Positions 38,912-48,997 of a DNA stretch of 64,000 bases are shown here, piece after piece. Made by a program: the position numbers and the translations under genes. Position 1 is the first letter of the stretch. The number at the start of each line of letters is the position of its first letter. This DNA is from Phycisphaerales bacterium. GTDB taxonomy: Bacteria > Planctomycetota > Phycisphaerae > Phycisphaerales > UBA1924. The stretch is from contig OZ245777.1 of the NCBI GenBank assembly GCA_965227775.1, positions 288,001-352,000 on the forward strand. The letters run 5' to 3'. The notes beneath the pieces were generated by a model. The model saw only the letters and a program-made list of their open reading frames with translations. It was not told where the DNA came from and made no database searches.

Positions 38912-39952
38912 TCAGGCCCGCCCCACGCCGATGCGCAGCAACCGCGTACCGCCAAGCGGAGCCGCGGGATCGCACACGAACGACACGCGGTCGGCGCAAG
39001 CCGGGGGCACGACGATGGTGTGCCCCGCGTGTACCGGCAGGCTTGCGTCGTCGTTGCCTTCAACGACCACCTCGCCCACGCCGCTGACGAGCATCAGCAC
39101 CTGGCATCGCCCGTCGAAGCTCAACGGGATTTCGTCGCCGCCGTGCGGCCGGGCCTCGTCGATCGAGAACGCGTCGAGCTCGCACAGCCGGCCGGCTTCG
39201 TCGCCGGCCTCGAGCCGTGCTGTTGCCGGCGGCAGCCCTTCCAGGATGCACTCGGCCGCCTGATCGAGATGCAACTGCCGCCCCGAACGGCCGTACTCGC
39301 GCGCCCAGTCGTAGACGCGGAACGTCGTGTCGCTGGGCGTCTGCACCTCGGCCACGAGCGTGCCAGCGCCGAGGGCATGGATGGTGCCAGTCGGCAGCGT
39401 GTGCAGGTCTCCCACCAGAGACGGTGCGCTGTGCAGCATCGCTGGCACATCTCCACCGCCGCGCGCGGCATCGGCGACGCCTGCGGGCGTCACGCCTGGT
39501 GCCAAGCCCTTCAGGATGCGCGCGTGCGCGTCGGCCTCGACGACGTACCAGCACTCGGTCTTCACGTGCGCGTCAGCGTGCGCTGCGGCATACGCCGGGC
39601 TCGGGTGCACCTGGATCGACAGGTCCTCGCGTGCATCAAGATACTTCACGAGCAGCGGGAAGCGGCCATCGAGCGACGCCACGGGCCCGAGTAGGTCGAC
39701 GCCCCAGAGCTTGATCGCCTCGCGGATGGTCTTGCCAGCGAGCGCGCCGCGCGCGATGACCGACGACACGCCCCCACCGCCGGCACCCGACGCGCTCGTT
39801 GTGTCGAGGTCGGCCAGTTCCCAGCTCTCGCCGACGCCTGCACGATCGGGCAAGTCCTTACCGAGCGTCGCCAGTCGCCGACCACCCCAGACCTTCTCAA
39901 AGAGGCTGGGCTCCAGCACGAACGGGAGTGGTTCTTGGCTTGCAGCAGCCAC
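38912..39952 (-). CDS. manA: Type I mannose-6-phosphate isomerase
   Basis: KVWGG, GESWE, FPLLVKYLDA, LSIQVHP, KTECW, GTIHA, EVQTPSDTTFRVYDW. Confidence 0.92.
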   Translation of the reverse strand: MAAASQEPLPFVLEPSLFEKVWGGRRLATLGKDLPDRAGVGESWELADLDTTSASGAGGGGVSSVIARGALAGKTIREAIKLWGVDLLGPVASLDGRFPLLVKYLDAREDLSIQVHPSPAYAAAHADAHVKTECWYVVEADAHARILKGLAPGVTPAGVADAARGGGDVPAMLHSAPSLVGDLHTLPTGTIHALGAGTLVAEVQTPSDTTFRVYDWAREYGRSGRQLHLDQAAECILEGLPPATARLEAGDEAGRLCELDAFSIDEARPHGGDEIPLSFDGRCQVLMLVSGVGEVVVEGNDDASLPVHAGHTIVVPPACADRVSFVCDPAAPLGGTRLLRIGVGRA

Positions 39953-39960
39953 GGCAGCCG

Positions 39961-40524
39961 TTAGCCGCCGGGGTTCGCGTTCGGATCGGCAACCGGATCC
40001 ATCGCCATGCCTGAGATCGTGGCCTCGAACGCAACACGGTTCTCGACCACGCCCTGCACGGTGGCCGTGAAGCGACGCCGCCCGAACTTGATCTCTTTGC
40101 CGAGCACGAACAGCTCGTCACCTGGCGCCACCATCGACCGGAAAGCTGCGTTTTCGATCCGCAGGAACGCGGCGAGGTACGGGCCCTTATGGCGAACGAG
40201 GAACATGAGGCACGCGAGCTGCGCCCCGGCCTCGATCTGCAGCACGCCGGGGAACATGGGCTTGCCCGGGAAGTGCCCGGCCACCCAGAATTCGTCGTCG
40301 CTGACCGAGCGGACGGCAACTGCCTGGGTGTAGCCCTCGTTGTGCCACACCAGGCGATCGATCAGCCGCATCTGCCCGCGATGGGGCAGGATGCGCTCTA
40401 CGCCGGCGGTATCGAGCACGTACGAGCCCAGGTCGATCCCATCGAGTGGGAACAACAGCCCCTTGGCGCTCGCGGGAGCGCCGGCGGGGTCGGTGGCGGG
40501 CGTGTCGCTCGAAACGGTCGGCAT
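39961..40524 (-). CDS. fabZ: 3-hydroxyacyl-ACP dehydratase (FabZ/FabA family)
   Basis: LPHR...LID, GHFPGKPMFPGVLQIEA.AQ, FR..V.PGD. Confidence 0.88.
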   Translation of the reverse strand: MPTVSSDTPATDPAGAPASAKGLLFPLDGIDLGSYVLDTAGVERILPHRGQMRLIDRLVWHNEGYTQAVAVRSVSDDEFWVAGHFPGKPMFPGVLQIEAGAQLACLMFLVRHKGPYLAAFLRIENAAFRSMVAPGDELFVLGKEIKFGRRRFTATVQGVVENRVAFEATISGMAMDPVADPNANPGG

Positions 40525-40533
40525 CGTGGGTGG

Positions 40534-40707
40534 TCAGTCCTGCTTACGCAGCTCCAAGACCTCCTTGCGGAGCTCCTGCGCCAGGTTCTTGACATCCTGC
40601 ATGGCCGTCCGCACGCGGGTACCAGCGGCCTTGTTGCCCGCCTTGACCTTGTCCATGTCCTCGGCGATGGAGTCGAGAATCTGCTTCATTTGCTCGTATT
40701 GCTGCAT
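40534..40707 (-). CDS. Small Hc1 / bacterial 'histone H1-like' family protein (57 aa)
   Basis: MQQYEQMKQILDSIAEDMDKVKAGNKAAGTRVRTAMQDVKNLAQELRKEV; the GNKAAGTR.R motif matches the Hc1 N-terminal domain. Confidence 0.8.
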   Translation of the reverse strand: MQQYEQMKQILDSIAEDMDKVKAGNKAAGTRVRTAMQDVKNLAQELRKEVLELRKQD

Positions 40708-40871
40708 CGACCAGTTCTCCCACGTGATGCCCGGAGTGCGATCGGCCCCATTGGGCCGGCTGTCATACTTCCCATCCCCCGCGGCCGGGGCAAGCGAGAG
40801 ACCCGCCTGGGGGCCCAAGAGGGGGCCAAAACCGCAAAAATCGACCGAACAACGGCCTGCCCGATCCCAAT

Positions 40872-41900
40872 CTAGCCGCTCAGGGCCTTCACCGATCGCT
40901 CCAGCACGGCCAGGGCCCCGCTCAGGTAGATCGCGTCGCCCTCGTGCTCCAGATTGGCCGGTGCGGCCGCAGAGGCGATCAGCCGCTTGCACTGCAGCAG
41001 CCGGGCGTAGTCCTGCTCCACGGGCAGCCCGGCCTCTCGGCGGGCCTTGGCGATCATGGAGACCGGCTTCAGGCCGCACAACCGCTCCGTGCGACCCCAG
41101 AACTGGCGCTCGAGATACAGGCCGTCTTCGGCCCAGTGCCCGGGGTGGACGAGCCCCAGGTCGATGAGGGCGCATCGCTGGCCGGCATGGCCGTGCCCGT
41201 TGTCTGAGGGCTGCCGCCACATCGCGTTGGCCGGGTGCACGTCGCCATGCTGCCACGCGTTCATGGGGCGTGCGTTCCAAATCGAGAGGGCCTCGGGCAG
41301 CAGCTTGCGGGCGCTCTTGAGGGCGTTGTTCCAGTGCTGGGCATCGGGGATGGCGTTGTCGTGGGCCATCTGCCGGGCGTGCTCGTGGGCGTGGGCCCAG
41401 TCGGGCTCGACGGGCCTGCCCGTGGGGGCCCAGTGGCGCTCGGCGCGGATCTGGAAATCACTGGCGGCCTCGATGAGGGCGCGCAGCCCGTGCTCGTCGA
41501 AGTCCTTCGCGACGGTGCCGCCCTCGAATCGCTCTACGACCAGCCAGCACAGGTCGTACGAGCCAAGCTCATCTGCCGACGCCAGCACGCGCGGTGTCGA
41601 GAGCGCGAGGCAATCGGGCGCCGACCAGCCCTGCTTCCAGCTGTCTCCCAGCGCTGCCGCCCAGCGTCGCTCGATGGGCCCGACGGGCACCTTCACCATG
41701 CACGGCACGGTCGAGCCGTCATCGAGCGTCCACGTCGAGAAGCCGGTGGCCGCGCCGCCGCGCTGCCAGCTCGTCCTAAACCATTCGATGTCACCGAGGT
41801 TGTCGCCCGCGGCCTGCTTGACCACCGGTGCCAGCATCGCCCCGAGCGCCAGCGGATCGCTGGTGTCCAGGGCGGCCGCGTTGGGCTGCGGATCGGCCAT
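40872..41900 (-). CDS. Aminoglycoside phosphotransferase / choline kinase-like kinase
   Basis: MVKVP, PRVLA, HGDVHPAN (Brenner motif), LIDLG. Confidence 0.85.
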   Translation of the reverse strand: MADPQPNAAALDTSDPLALGAMLAPVVKQAAGDNLGDIEWFRTSWQRGGAATGFSTWTLDDGSTVPCMVKVPVGPIERRWAAALGDSWKQGWSAPDCLALSTPRVLASADELGSYDLCWLVVERFEGGTVAKDFDEHGLRALIEAASDFQIRAERHWAPTGRPVEPDWAHAHEHARQMAHDNAIPDAQHWNNALKSARKLLPEALSIWNARPMNAWQHGDVHPANAMWRQPSDNGHGHAGQRCALIDLGLVHPGHWAEDGLYLERQFWGRTERLCGLKPVSMIAKARREAGLPVEQDYARLLQCKRLIASAAAPANLEHEGDAIYLSGALAVLERSVKALSG

Positions 41901-41937
41901 CGCCAGGTGGCGCCTCCCTTGCCCGCTCTGCCGAGTC

Positions 41938-42675
41938 CTACTCGGGGCCGTCCTGACCCCGACACGCTCGGACGAACACAGTGTACACGCCCGAACCGAG
42001 CGGTCCGTTTCCGCTTCGCTCGGGGTGCCACTGCACACCTACGTAGAACGGGCGCTCCGGGTTGTGCACCGCCTCGATGGTCCCGTCGGGCGCGACCCCT
42101 GCGACGGCCAGTGAGCCCGCATCGGCGATCGCCTGGCGGTGCCGGCTGTATGGGTTATCGGTACTGTTCGAGAGCCACGAGGGCGCACCCGATGTTGCGA
42201 CTACCTCGTGGGGCTTGTGCCAATGCACGTTCCACGCCTCGCCCAGGGTGTCGGGCAGGTGCTGGTCGAGCCGGCCGCCGGCGAGCAGCGACATCATCTG
42301 CATGCCGTAGCAGACGCCGAGCACGGGCGCGTCAGGGCGGTCCGTGAGCGCCTTCAGCAGTGCTGTGTCGTATTCCTGACGCAAGTCGACGACGGGCGTC
42401 ACGCGCGGGTCGGTCGGCTCGCCATACTGCTCGGTCCGCGGGTCGTCGCCGCCAATCAGCAGCACGCCATCGACCAGATCGAGCTGGTCGGGGATCGACT
42501 CGATCGTGGGTGGCAGCACGATGGGAAGCCCACCGGCCGCGACGACGGCATCGACGTAGGTCATCCGGCAGCACGATCGCAGGGCTTGGGGGGCCGCGGG
42601 GTCGCTGCTTGGCGCGATGTCCACGTCGCCGGCGATGCCGATGAGCGGTCGATCGTGCTGGTCGCGCTGGCCCAT
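41938..42675 (-). CDS. Gamma-glutamyl-gamma-aminobutyrate hydrolase family (peptidase C26)
   Basis: GVLLIGGDD, PVLGVCYGMQ, SRHRQA, DGTIEA, GVQWHPE. Confidence 0.9.
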   Translation of the reverse strand: MGQRDQHDRPLIGIAGDVDIAPSSDPAAPQALRSCCRMTYVDAVVAAGGLPIVLPPTIESIPDQLDLVDGVLLIGGDDPRTEQYGEPTDPRVTPVVDLRQEYDTALLKALTDRPDAPVLGVCYGMQMMSLLAGGRLDQHLPDTLGEAWNVHWHKPHEVVATSGAPSWLSNSTDNPYSRHRQAIADAGSLAVAGVAPDGTIEAVHNPERPFYVGVQWHPERSGNGPLGSGVYTVFVRACRGQDGPE

Positions 42676-42752
42676 GGTCAGCCTCCATGCCGATGGTGCG
42701 TTGGAACGAATTGGCTGCCCCGAGTCGAGGGTAGCGGGAGTATGCTGCGCCG

Positions 42753-44168
42753 ATGCCCACCAGGCCGGTCATCTTGAGCTTGCTGACAGCCATCGCGGTC
42801 GTCGTCGCCTCGATCTGGCTTCTGCGACCTCCATCGGCCAGCGCGACGGCGGGGCCGCAGGCGGTCCTCGACGTTGATGCCGCGTCGATCGTCTCGTTCG
42901 AGACCCGGGGCGAGGGCGGTCCAGGGCAGCGCATCGAGCGATCGCTGGCCGGCTGGCAGCTCGTCGGCACGGACGGCCCGCCCTGGGCCGTGCAGGACGG
43001 CCGCGCCCGAGCCGCGGCCCGGATCCTGGCCGACCTCTCGGGCCGCCCGGTCGAAGACGAGGTCCTACCGCCGGTCGCCTCCACGCTAACGATCACCGAC
43101 GCCCGCGGACGCACCATGTCGCTCGGCCTGCGCGAGCCTGTGGTCGGCGGACGCCGCGTCGTCGATCGCATCGACAACGAGGGCGCCGTGCAACGCTTCG
43201 CGGTCGACGAGCCGCTGTATGAGGCGTTCGTACAGACCGGCCTGAACGCGTGGCGCGACGAGGGCCTGCTCGGCGCGCTGCCGGGCCGTCCGGCACGACT
43301 CGAACTCTCGCGCGGCGACAATCGTCTCGAGATCGCGCGCGTCGACGGACGTTGGTCGCTGCGCTCGCCGGTGGCGACCCGGGCGAGCGAGCAAGGCGTC
43401 GACACGCTCCTTCAGGCCATCGCGCGTCTGCGAGTCGAGCGATTCGACGAACCTCCGCCGCCTTCGGTCCAAGCGCAGTCGCCAGTCACGATCACGATCG
43501 AAGCGGATCGGATCGAGCCCGCGGGCGACGAACCCGAACCAACGAGAGTCACCGAGCGGCTCACGCTCACGCTGCACGGGCCGGCCGACACGGGTGGACG
43601 CCTCACGCTCGTCGGCGTCGCCCGAGAGCGGCGGTATCGCTCCGCGGGCGCAGCGATCGAGTTCCTGGGCTCCACGTTCGTAGCGATCGATCTCGAACCG
43701 CTGCAGCGGATCACGCTCGAACCGCGCGGCTACGTGGCGACGACCGCCATCGAGGGGGACGCCACGCTGGTGACCCAACTCAAGCTGAACGACCGGGTGT
43801 ATGCGCGTGTGGGCAGCGGCTGGGCCGAAGGCGGCGAAGCGCTCCCCCCAGAACGGGGCGCGGCGCTGGACGCGCTCGCCACGTTGCTGACAACGACCGC
43901 GATGTCGTTCGTGGACCTGACCGATTCGCCGCAGACGACTGGCAGAGCATCGAGGCCGGTGGCGATCGAGGCATCGGCGATTGGCGGCGAGCTGCTCACC
44001 CCCGTTGGCGGGCTCACGCTGCGCACCGTGGAAGCACCCGGCGGCGCGGCGGGCGTGGTCCTGATCGGCGACGGCGTGACGCGTGAATACACCGACGCCG
44101 CGAGCGCCGCCACCGGGCGTGCCACCCTGGTTCTCAGCGAACCGACCCCGGCCAGCCCGGGCGGCTAG
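42753..44168 (+). CDS. DUF4340-like membrane-anchored protein
   Basis: N-terminal TM; repeated I.R..G.W.L..P units. Confidence 0.65.
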   Translation: MPTRPVILSLLTAIAVVVASIWLLRPPSASATAGPQAVLDVDAASIVSFETRGEGGPGQRIERSLAGWQLVGTDGPPWAVQDGRARAAARILADLSGRPVEDEVLPPVASTLTITDARGRTMSLGLREPVVGGRRVVDRIDNEGAVQRFAVDEPLYEAFVQTGLNAWRDEGLLGALPGRPARLELSRGDNRLEIARVDGRWSLRSPVATRASEQGVDTLLQAIARLRVERFDEPPPPSVQAQSPVTITIEADRIEPAGDEPEPTRVTERLTLTLHGPADTGGRLTLVGVARERRYRSAGAAIEFLGSTFVAIDLEPLQRITLEPRGYVATTAIEGDATLVTQLKLNDRVYARVGSGWAEGGEALPPERGAALDALATLLTTTAMSFVDLTDSPQTTGRASRPVAIEASAIGGELLTPVGGLTLRTVEAPGGAAGVVLIGDGVTREYTDAASAATGRATLVLSEPTPASPGG

Positions 44169-45289
44169 TAGCTAGTCGAGACCATCTTGGCCGCACGCTC
44201 GCGGATGCCGTCGAGCAGGTCGCGCACTTCCGCGGCCATCTTGCTGTTGGGAAACTCGGCGATGATGCGCTCGCCGTGGTTTGCGGCCTCGATCCAGCGC
44301 TTGTCGCGCACCGCCAGCTTGAATTTGGCGCCCAGGTTCTCGCGCGCCTTGCCGATGACACCGCGTGCGACCTCGCGGAACGGAGCAGCCTCTTCCTCGG
44401 AGAGATGCTGGTCAAGCCGCTTCAGCAGCTCCATGGCCTCTTCGACGCGATCGTCCTCGGCGGCCTCGAGGAACTGACGCTCGAGATCGACCTTGAAGCG
44501 CTCGACCTCGCGCAAGACGCGCTCCGGAGCCGCTTGGGCGCGCGGAGCCTCGGGGAACGTGCGGGCGATGCGAACGGCCTCGCGTTGGGCTTCCTCCCAC
44601 TGGCGATGCAGCACGAGGTCCTCGAGCTGGGACATCGCGCCGTTGAGCTGGTGCTCGAGCGTCGCGCGGCGTGAACGGTCGATCCGACGCCGGAAGTTCT
44701 CGGCGTCCTGCCGATAGCCGAAGCGATCCGCGAGCTCGCCCGAGAGCACGAGCGCCGCATCCCAGTCTTCGGCGGCGATATCTTCTTCGATGGCCCGGCG
44801 CAGCAGCGTGCGCTCGCGCGTGCGGTGCAGCACACGGCGGGCATCGTCGCTGAGGGCCGCCTGCTCACCCAGCGAGCGCAGGGCCATGGTGGTCGTGTAC
44901 AGGTCCTTGCGGGTCTGGCGGACGTCGCGGATGAGGTATATCAAGCCCACCGAGGCGGGCGCCAGCACGACGGCGAGCACCATCGCCAGCAGGCCGGCGA
45001 CGCCGAGGCTCTCGGGCACCAGCAGCCCCGCGGTCGATGCGACCTCTCCGGGCGTAAGGGCAGCCTGGGGATCGCCTGTGAGCAGGCCTTCAAGATCGAT
45101 CCCGGCGGCCTGCGTTGCGGCGGCCGGGCGCAAGGCCCAGAGCACGACGGCCGCGAGGCCCATCGCGAACACCGAGCCGTGTGCGAGGAGCACCATGGCC
45201 ATCGGCAGGCGGCTCGGGCGAGCGCGGAGCACGACCGGCTCGAGCGGGTCGTGATCGGAGTTGGTGGGTTCTGGTGGCTGGTGGCTCAT
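44165..45289 (-). CDS. Hypothetical membrane protein with helical-repeat C-terminus
   Basis: Two TM segments then charged helical repeats (II.EFPNS..A). Confidence 0.75.
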   Translation of the reverse strand: MSHQPPEPTNSDHDPLEPVVLRARPSRLPMAMVLLAHGSVFAMGLAAVVLWALRPAAATQAAGIDLEGLLTGDPQAALTPGEVASTAGLLVPESLGVAGLLAMVLAVVLAPASVGLIYLIRDVRQTRKDLYTTTMALRSLGEQAALSDDARRVLHRTRERTLLRRAIEEDIAAEDWDAALVLSGELADRFGYRQDAENFRRRIDRSRRATLEHQLNGAMSQLEDLVLHRQWEEAQREAVRIARTFPEAPRAQAAPERVLREVERFKVDLERQFLEAAEDDRVEEAMELLKRLDQHLSEEEAAPFREVARGVIGKARENLGAKFKLAVRDKRWIEAANHGERIIAEFPNSKMAAEVRDLLDGIRERAAKMVSTSY

Positions 45290-45415
45290 GGCGGCTCTCC
45301 ATGCCGGCGCGGCGCGATGGCGACCGCACTCCTCTTGCCTGCTTCAGTATAACGGTTGATCGTCCGAACTGATGCACCAGAACGAGCCGGCACGGCCCGG
45401 GGGTACACTGGGTTC

Positions 45416-46114
45416 ATGCAGCAGATCGACGTTTCCGGACGCATACACAACCAGAACAAGCAGGCATCCGACACTGACGCCGCGCTGTGGACGGCCAGCC
45501 TGGGGCCATTCGAGACCAACGCGTACGTCTACACCCCCGATGGGCGCCATGCGTGGATCATCGACCCCGGGCAGGGCCCCGAGGACGTCATCGAGCTGGT
45601 CAAAACGCAGGGGCTCAACGTTGAGGCCGTGCTGCTGACGCACGCGCACGCGGACCACATCCTGGGGCTTCGCGAGGTCTTGGAGGCGTTCCCGCAGACG
45701 CCCTTGCTCATCCATGAAGCCGAGCGGGATTGGATCGGTGATCCAGCGCTCAATCTGAGCGCGGGCTTTGGAATGCCGTATAGCGGGCCCGAGCCCACGA
45801 GCGTGTTCGAGCACGGCGATGAGCTGACGATCAGCGGAGAGGCTTGGACGGTGCGACACACGCCGGGGCACAGTCCGGGCGGCTGCGTGTTCCTTGCGCC
45901 CGGCGGCGGTGTTGCGATCGTGGGCGACACGCTCTTCTCGGGCAGCATCGGTCGCACCGATCTGCCCGGCGGCGACTTCGACCAGCTGGCCGAGAGCATC
46001 CGCCGGGAGCTCTACGGGCTCGACGCGTCCTGCCTGTGCCTGCCGGGGCACGGCCCGCCGACGACCGTTGGCGAAGAGCGAACGGGCAATCCGTTCGTGC
46101 GTCGCGAAGGCTGA
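45416..46114 (+). CDS. MBL-fold metallo-hydrolase (glyoxalase II-like)
   Basis: IIDPG, THAHADH, HTPGHSPG, GDTLF.GSIGRTDLPGG, PGHG. Confidence 0.92.
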   Translation: MQQIDVSGRIHNQNKQASDTDAALWTASLGPFETNAYVYTPDGRHAWIIDPGQGPEDVIELVKTQGLNVEAVLLTHAHADHILGLREVLEAFPQTPLLIHEAERDWIGDPALNLSAGFGMPYSGPEPTSVFEHGDELTISGEAWTVRHTPGHSPGGCVFLAPGGGVAIVGDTLFSGSIGRTDLPGGDFDQLAESIRRELYGLDASCLCLPGHGPPTTVGEERTGNPFVRREG

Positions 46115-46127
46115 TTGCTGAAACTCG

Positions 46128-46169
46128 AAATCACAAACCGGGGCCGACCCAAAGGCCGACCCCGGTTTG
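46128..46169 (-). terminator. Intrinsic terminator downstream of the protease gene
   Basis: Minus strand CAAACCGGGGTCGGCC-TTTG-GGTCGGCCCCGGTTTG with G-U pairs, then T-rich; lies between convergent genes. Confidence 0.75.
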
Positions 46170-46201
46170 CTCCAAGGAGGGGACGCTTGTGCGCTGGCTG
46201 A

Positions 46202-48388
46202 TCAGCAGCCGGTGTCGAACTCGCTCTGGAATGCCAGGAAGTCGAACAGGGTGAGACTTCCGTCGCCATCGAAGTCGGCGACGAGATCGCCGCTGGCGAA
46301 CGCGGACTGGAACGCCAGGAAGTCAAAGATGGTCAGCTCGCCGTCGCCGTCCATGTCAACGCGGCAGTCGCCGCACTCGAGACCCTCGATGCGGAGCGCA
46401 TCGATGGCGACTTCCATCACCGAGTCATTCGGGCTATCTGAGGCGGTAAAGCGGACCTGGACCTGCGACGTGAGGCTGATGTGGTCGGTCAGGTTCCAAC
46501 GCATCTGGCTCCACGAGTCGCCACCCATCGAGTGATCGACGCGCTCGAGCTCGACCCAGCGGCCACCGGCATCGTCGGAGACCTCGACGACGAGGCGATC
46601 CTGATCATCGATGCCCGCGCGCTGGTCGTCGTTGGAGTACCAGCGGGCATAGCTCAGCACGGCGTTGCTGGGTGCGGTCGACAGGTCGAACACAGGCGAG
46701 GTCAGCACGGAGGGGCCACCATCGAGGTCTTCGCCGCGATCGGAACCTGTGACGTACGCGTTGCCCGAGCCGTCGAAGTCGCCCGACGCGACGCCGCGGA
46801 AACCATCAGGCTCGCCGAGTTCCCAGCCACCTTCGGCGACCGCGTCGTTGGTAACCGTCCAGCCGGGCGCCGACTGGAAGTCCTGATCGACGGCGGTGAT
46901 GACCGCGGAAGCGGCCAGCGCGTCGTAGGTGATGCCGGGAGCACCGAACGGCTCGATGGTCTCGCGACCTTCAGACGTGGCGCGAACGTAGTACTGGACG
47001 AACGAGCCGCAATCGAGCGCGGGGAACGTCGCCTCGAACTGATCGCCGCCCAGTGGGACGAGCAGGGCGCTGTCGAAGGCGCCGCCATCGACGCTGTAGA
47101 ACAGCTCGGCCGAGCCGGGATCGAGCAGGCCGTCGACCTCGATGATCGTCACGTTGAAGCTCTGGGGCGAGCCGGGATCGACCAGGTCGAGGTCGGGCAG
47201 CGAGATCTCGATGCCGCGGATGGGCGGGCAGCAGACGCCCAGCGGGTTGGCCAGCGCATCCTGGAACTCGGGGCGGTCGATGGCCGTGCCGTTGTTGCCC
47301 GAGGTCGTGCTGCAGCCGGCGTGGGTGTGCACGCCGATGGCCAACCCCGTGGTCTCATCGAGCACGGGCGAGCCGGAGTTGCCGCCGGTGGTGTCGGTCT
47401 GGTATGAGATACCGAAGCCGTCCTTGCGGACGAACGGGCCGGTGTGGGTCTTCTGCACCTGGTTCCACGCGAGCGGGGCGCCGGTGCCGCGGGTGCTGCC
47501 GTAGCCGGTGATTCGGATATCACCGGTATCGATGGGCGCCGCGTCCGCGAGGCGGTAGAACTCGCCCTGGGCTTGGCCGGCGGTCAGGCCGGTGTCGCTG
47601 TTGGGGAAGGCGCCGAAGTAGGCCCAGTCGTTGCCGATGCCAAGGCCGCCGTTGGACTGCATCGAGTCATCGTCGACGGGGTACTGGTCTTCGGGGGCGG
47701 CCATCACGATCGAGCCGCTCGTCGAGCTCAGCGGCACGTTGAATTCGACGACGTCTGCGCTGAACGTGCAGTGGCCGGCCGTGATGAAGCACTTGGCGCA
47801 GTCGTCGATCAGCCACGCCGTGCAGCCGACCGGCAGCAGGCGCGCGTTTCGCGGATCGCTCGAGAGCTCGCGGTCGTCGACCGAGCCGCAGATGCTGTCG
47901 AATCCCGCACCCTGGGTGAAGCCGCTGCCGGCGGTGAGGCCTTCGATGACCACGCGACCGACGCCAGCGCCGGGGCGAGCCAAGACCTCAACGAGCAGGG
48001 TGTCGCCGTTGAAGTAAGCCGTCTTGTGCTTCCATTGGCCCAGCGTGTGGCTGGTGAGGTGCTGATCGTGCTTGTCCTTCAGGCTAGTGATGCGAAGACG
48101 CATGTTGTCGGGCAGCACGGTCGACTCGGCGTCGAACCGCACGCGGCTCCAACCGGCGCCGGGGGCCGTCATGGTGACCGAGTAGATCACCTGCTCTTCG
48201 CCGGCCACGCCGGGCAGGCCGAGTGGGCCGGTGTCGAGGCGGTTGGCAACCTCGAACTGCTGCAGGGGGTCTGCCGCCTGGGCAAGCACCGGGGCGGTCG
48301 CGCTCAGCACACCACCGCATACGCACGCGAGCATCGCGGCGGCCGCACCACCACGGCGAACGCCCTTGAACACAACGTCAGTCATCAT
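46202..48388 (-). CDS. Secreted trypsin-like (S1) serine protease with C-terminal GC-type dockerin
   Basis: Signal peptide; TAGHC, NDWA, GGNSGSP catalytic triad motifs; ends CRVDMDGDGELTIFDFLAFQ...FDTGC. Confidence 0.9.
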   Translation of the reverse strand: MMTDVVFKGVRRGGAAAAMLACVCGGVLSATAPVLAQAADPLQQFEVANRLDTGPLGLPGVAGEEQVIYSVTMTAPGAGWSRVRFDAESTVLPDNMRLRITSLKDKHDQHLTSHTLGQWKHKTAYFNGDTLLVEVLARPGAGVGRVVIEGLTAGSGFTQGAGFDSICGSVDDRELSSDPRNARLLPVGCTAWLIDDCAKCFITAGHCTFSADVVEFNVPLSSTSGSIVMAAPEDQYPVDDDSMQSNGGLGIGNDWAYFGAFPNSDTGLTAGQAQGEFYRLADAAPIDTGDIRITGYGSTRGTGAPLAWNQVQKTHTGPFVRKDGFGISYQTDTTGGNSGSPVLDETTGLAIGVHTHAGCSTTSGNNGTAIDRPEFQDALANPLGVCCPPIRGIEISLPDLDLVDPGSPQSFNVTIIEVDGLLDPGSAELFYSVDGGAFDSALLVPLGGDQFEATFPALDCGSFVQYYVRATSEGRETIEPFGAPGITYDALAASAVITAVDQDFQSAPGWTVTNDAVAEGGWELGEPDGFRGVASGDFDGSGNAYVTGSDRGEDLDGGPSVLTSPVFDLSTAPSNAVLSYARWYSNDDQRAGIDDQDRLVVEVSDDAGGRWVELERVDHSMGGDSWSQMRWNLTDHISLTSQVQVRFTASDSPNDSVMEVAIDALRIEGLECGDCRVDMDGDGELTIFDFLAFQSAFASGDLVADFDGDGSLTLFDFLAFQSEFDTGC

Positions 48389-48604
48389 GGTCCACTCCTG
48401 GGATCACGGCCGACCCTTGGAAGCCCGGCCTGATGGATGGGAGAATGAATTCGGGATAACCCGATGCGCGGCCCGCGCTCCCCTCTTTCGCTGGCACGCC
48501 GGAGCAGTTACGCCGCCCTGCATTAGGACGTTTCATGTCATGCATCCATGACATCCCCAGCATCGCATGGCAACCTTTGCCGCGGAGGGCTTGTAAGGCC
48601 GGTC

Positions 48605-48997
48605 ATGCCGATGGACGCCTCCCCCGCCGCCGTCGCCCAACGCGTGCGCTTTTTTCGAGCCATCACGCTGTGGTCATGCCGCCTCTTTGGCCTCGTGCTG
48701 CTGGTCCGCGGCGTGTACCTGCTGGTGAACCGCGTGGCCTTCGGCCTAACGCAGGGTGATGTTGCGATCGGTTGGAACACGTACAACGGCGTCGGCGAGG
48801 AGCACATGCTCGCGGCCGGCATCGCCGCCACCCTCGTGGGCCTTGCGCTGGTGTTGCTGGCGCGAACGATCAGCCGGCTTGCCATCGCGATGCCCGACGC
48901 TGGCTGCCCGGCGTGCGGCCACACGGGCGAGGTGGATGGCGAGAGGCGATGCGTGGAGTGCGGGTGGGAGCTGCGCGGTGAGCGTGGCTCGAGCTAG
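48605..48997 (+). CDS. Small membrane protein with C-terminal double zinc ribbon
   Basis: Two TM segments then CPACG...CVECG; start uncertain (48548, 48605 or 48611). Confidence 0.65.
   Translation: MPMDASPAAVAQRVRFFRAITLWSCRLFGLVLLVRGVYLLVNRVAFGLTQGDVAIGWNTYNGVGEEHMLAAGIAATLVGLALVLLARTISRLAIAMPDAGCPACGHTGEVDGERRCVECGWELRGERGSS

Noticed and set aside
40708..41280. 248-aa ORF 40534-41280
   Set aside because: The N-terminal part overlaps the kinase gene off-frame; only the last 57 codons look like a real protein
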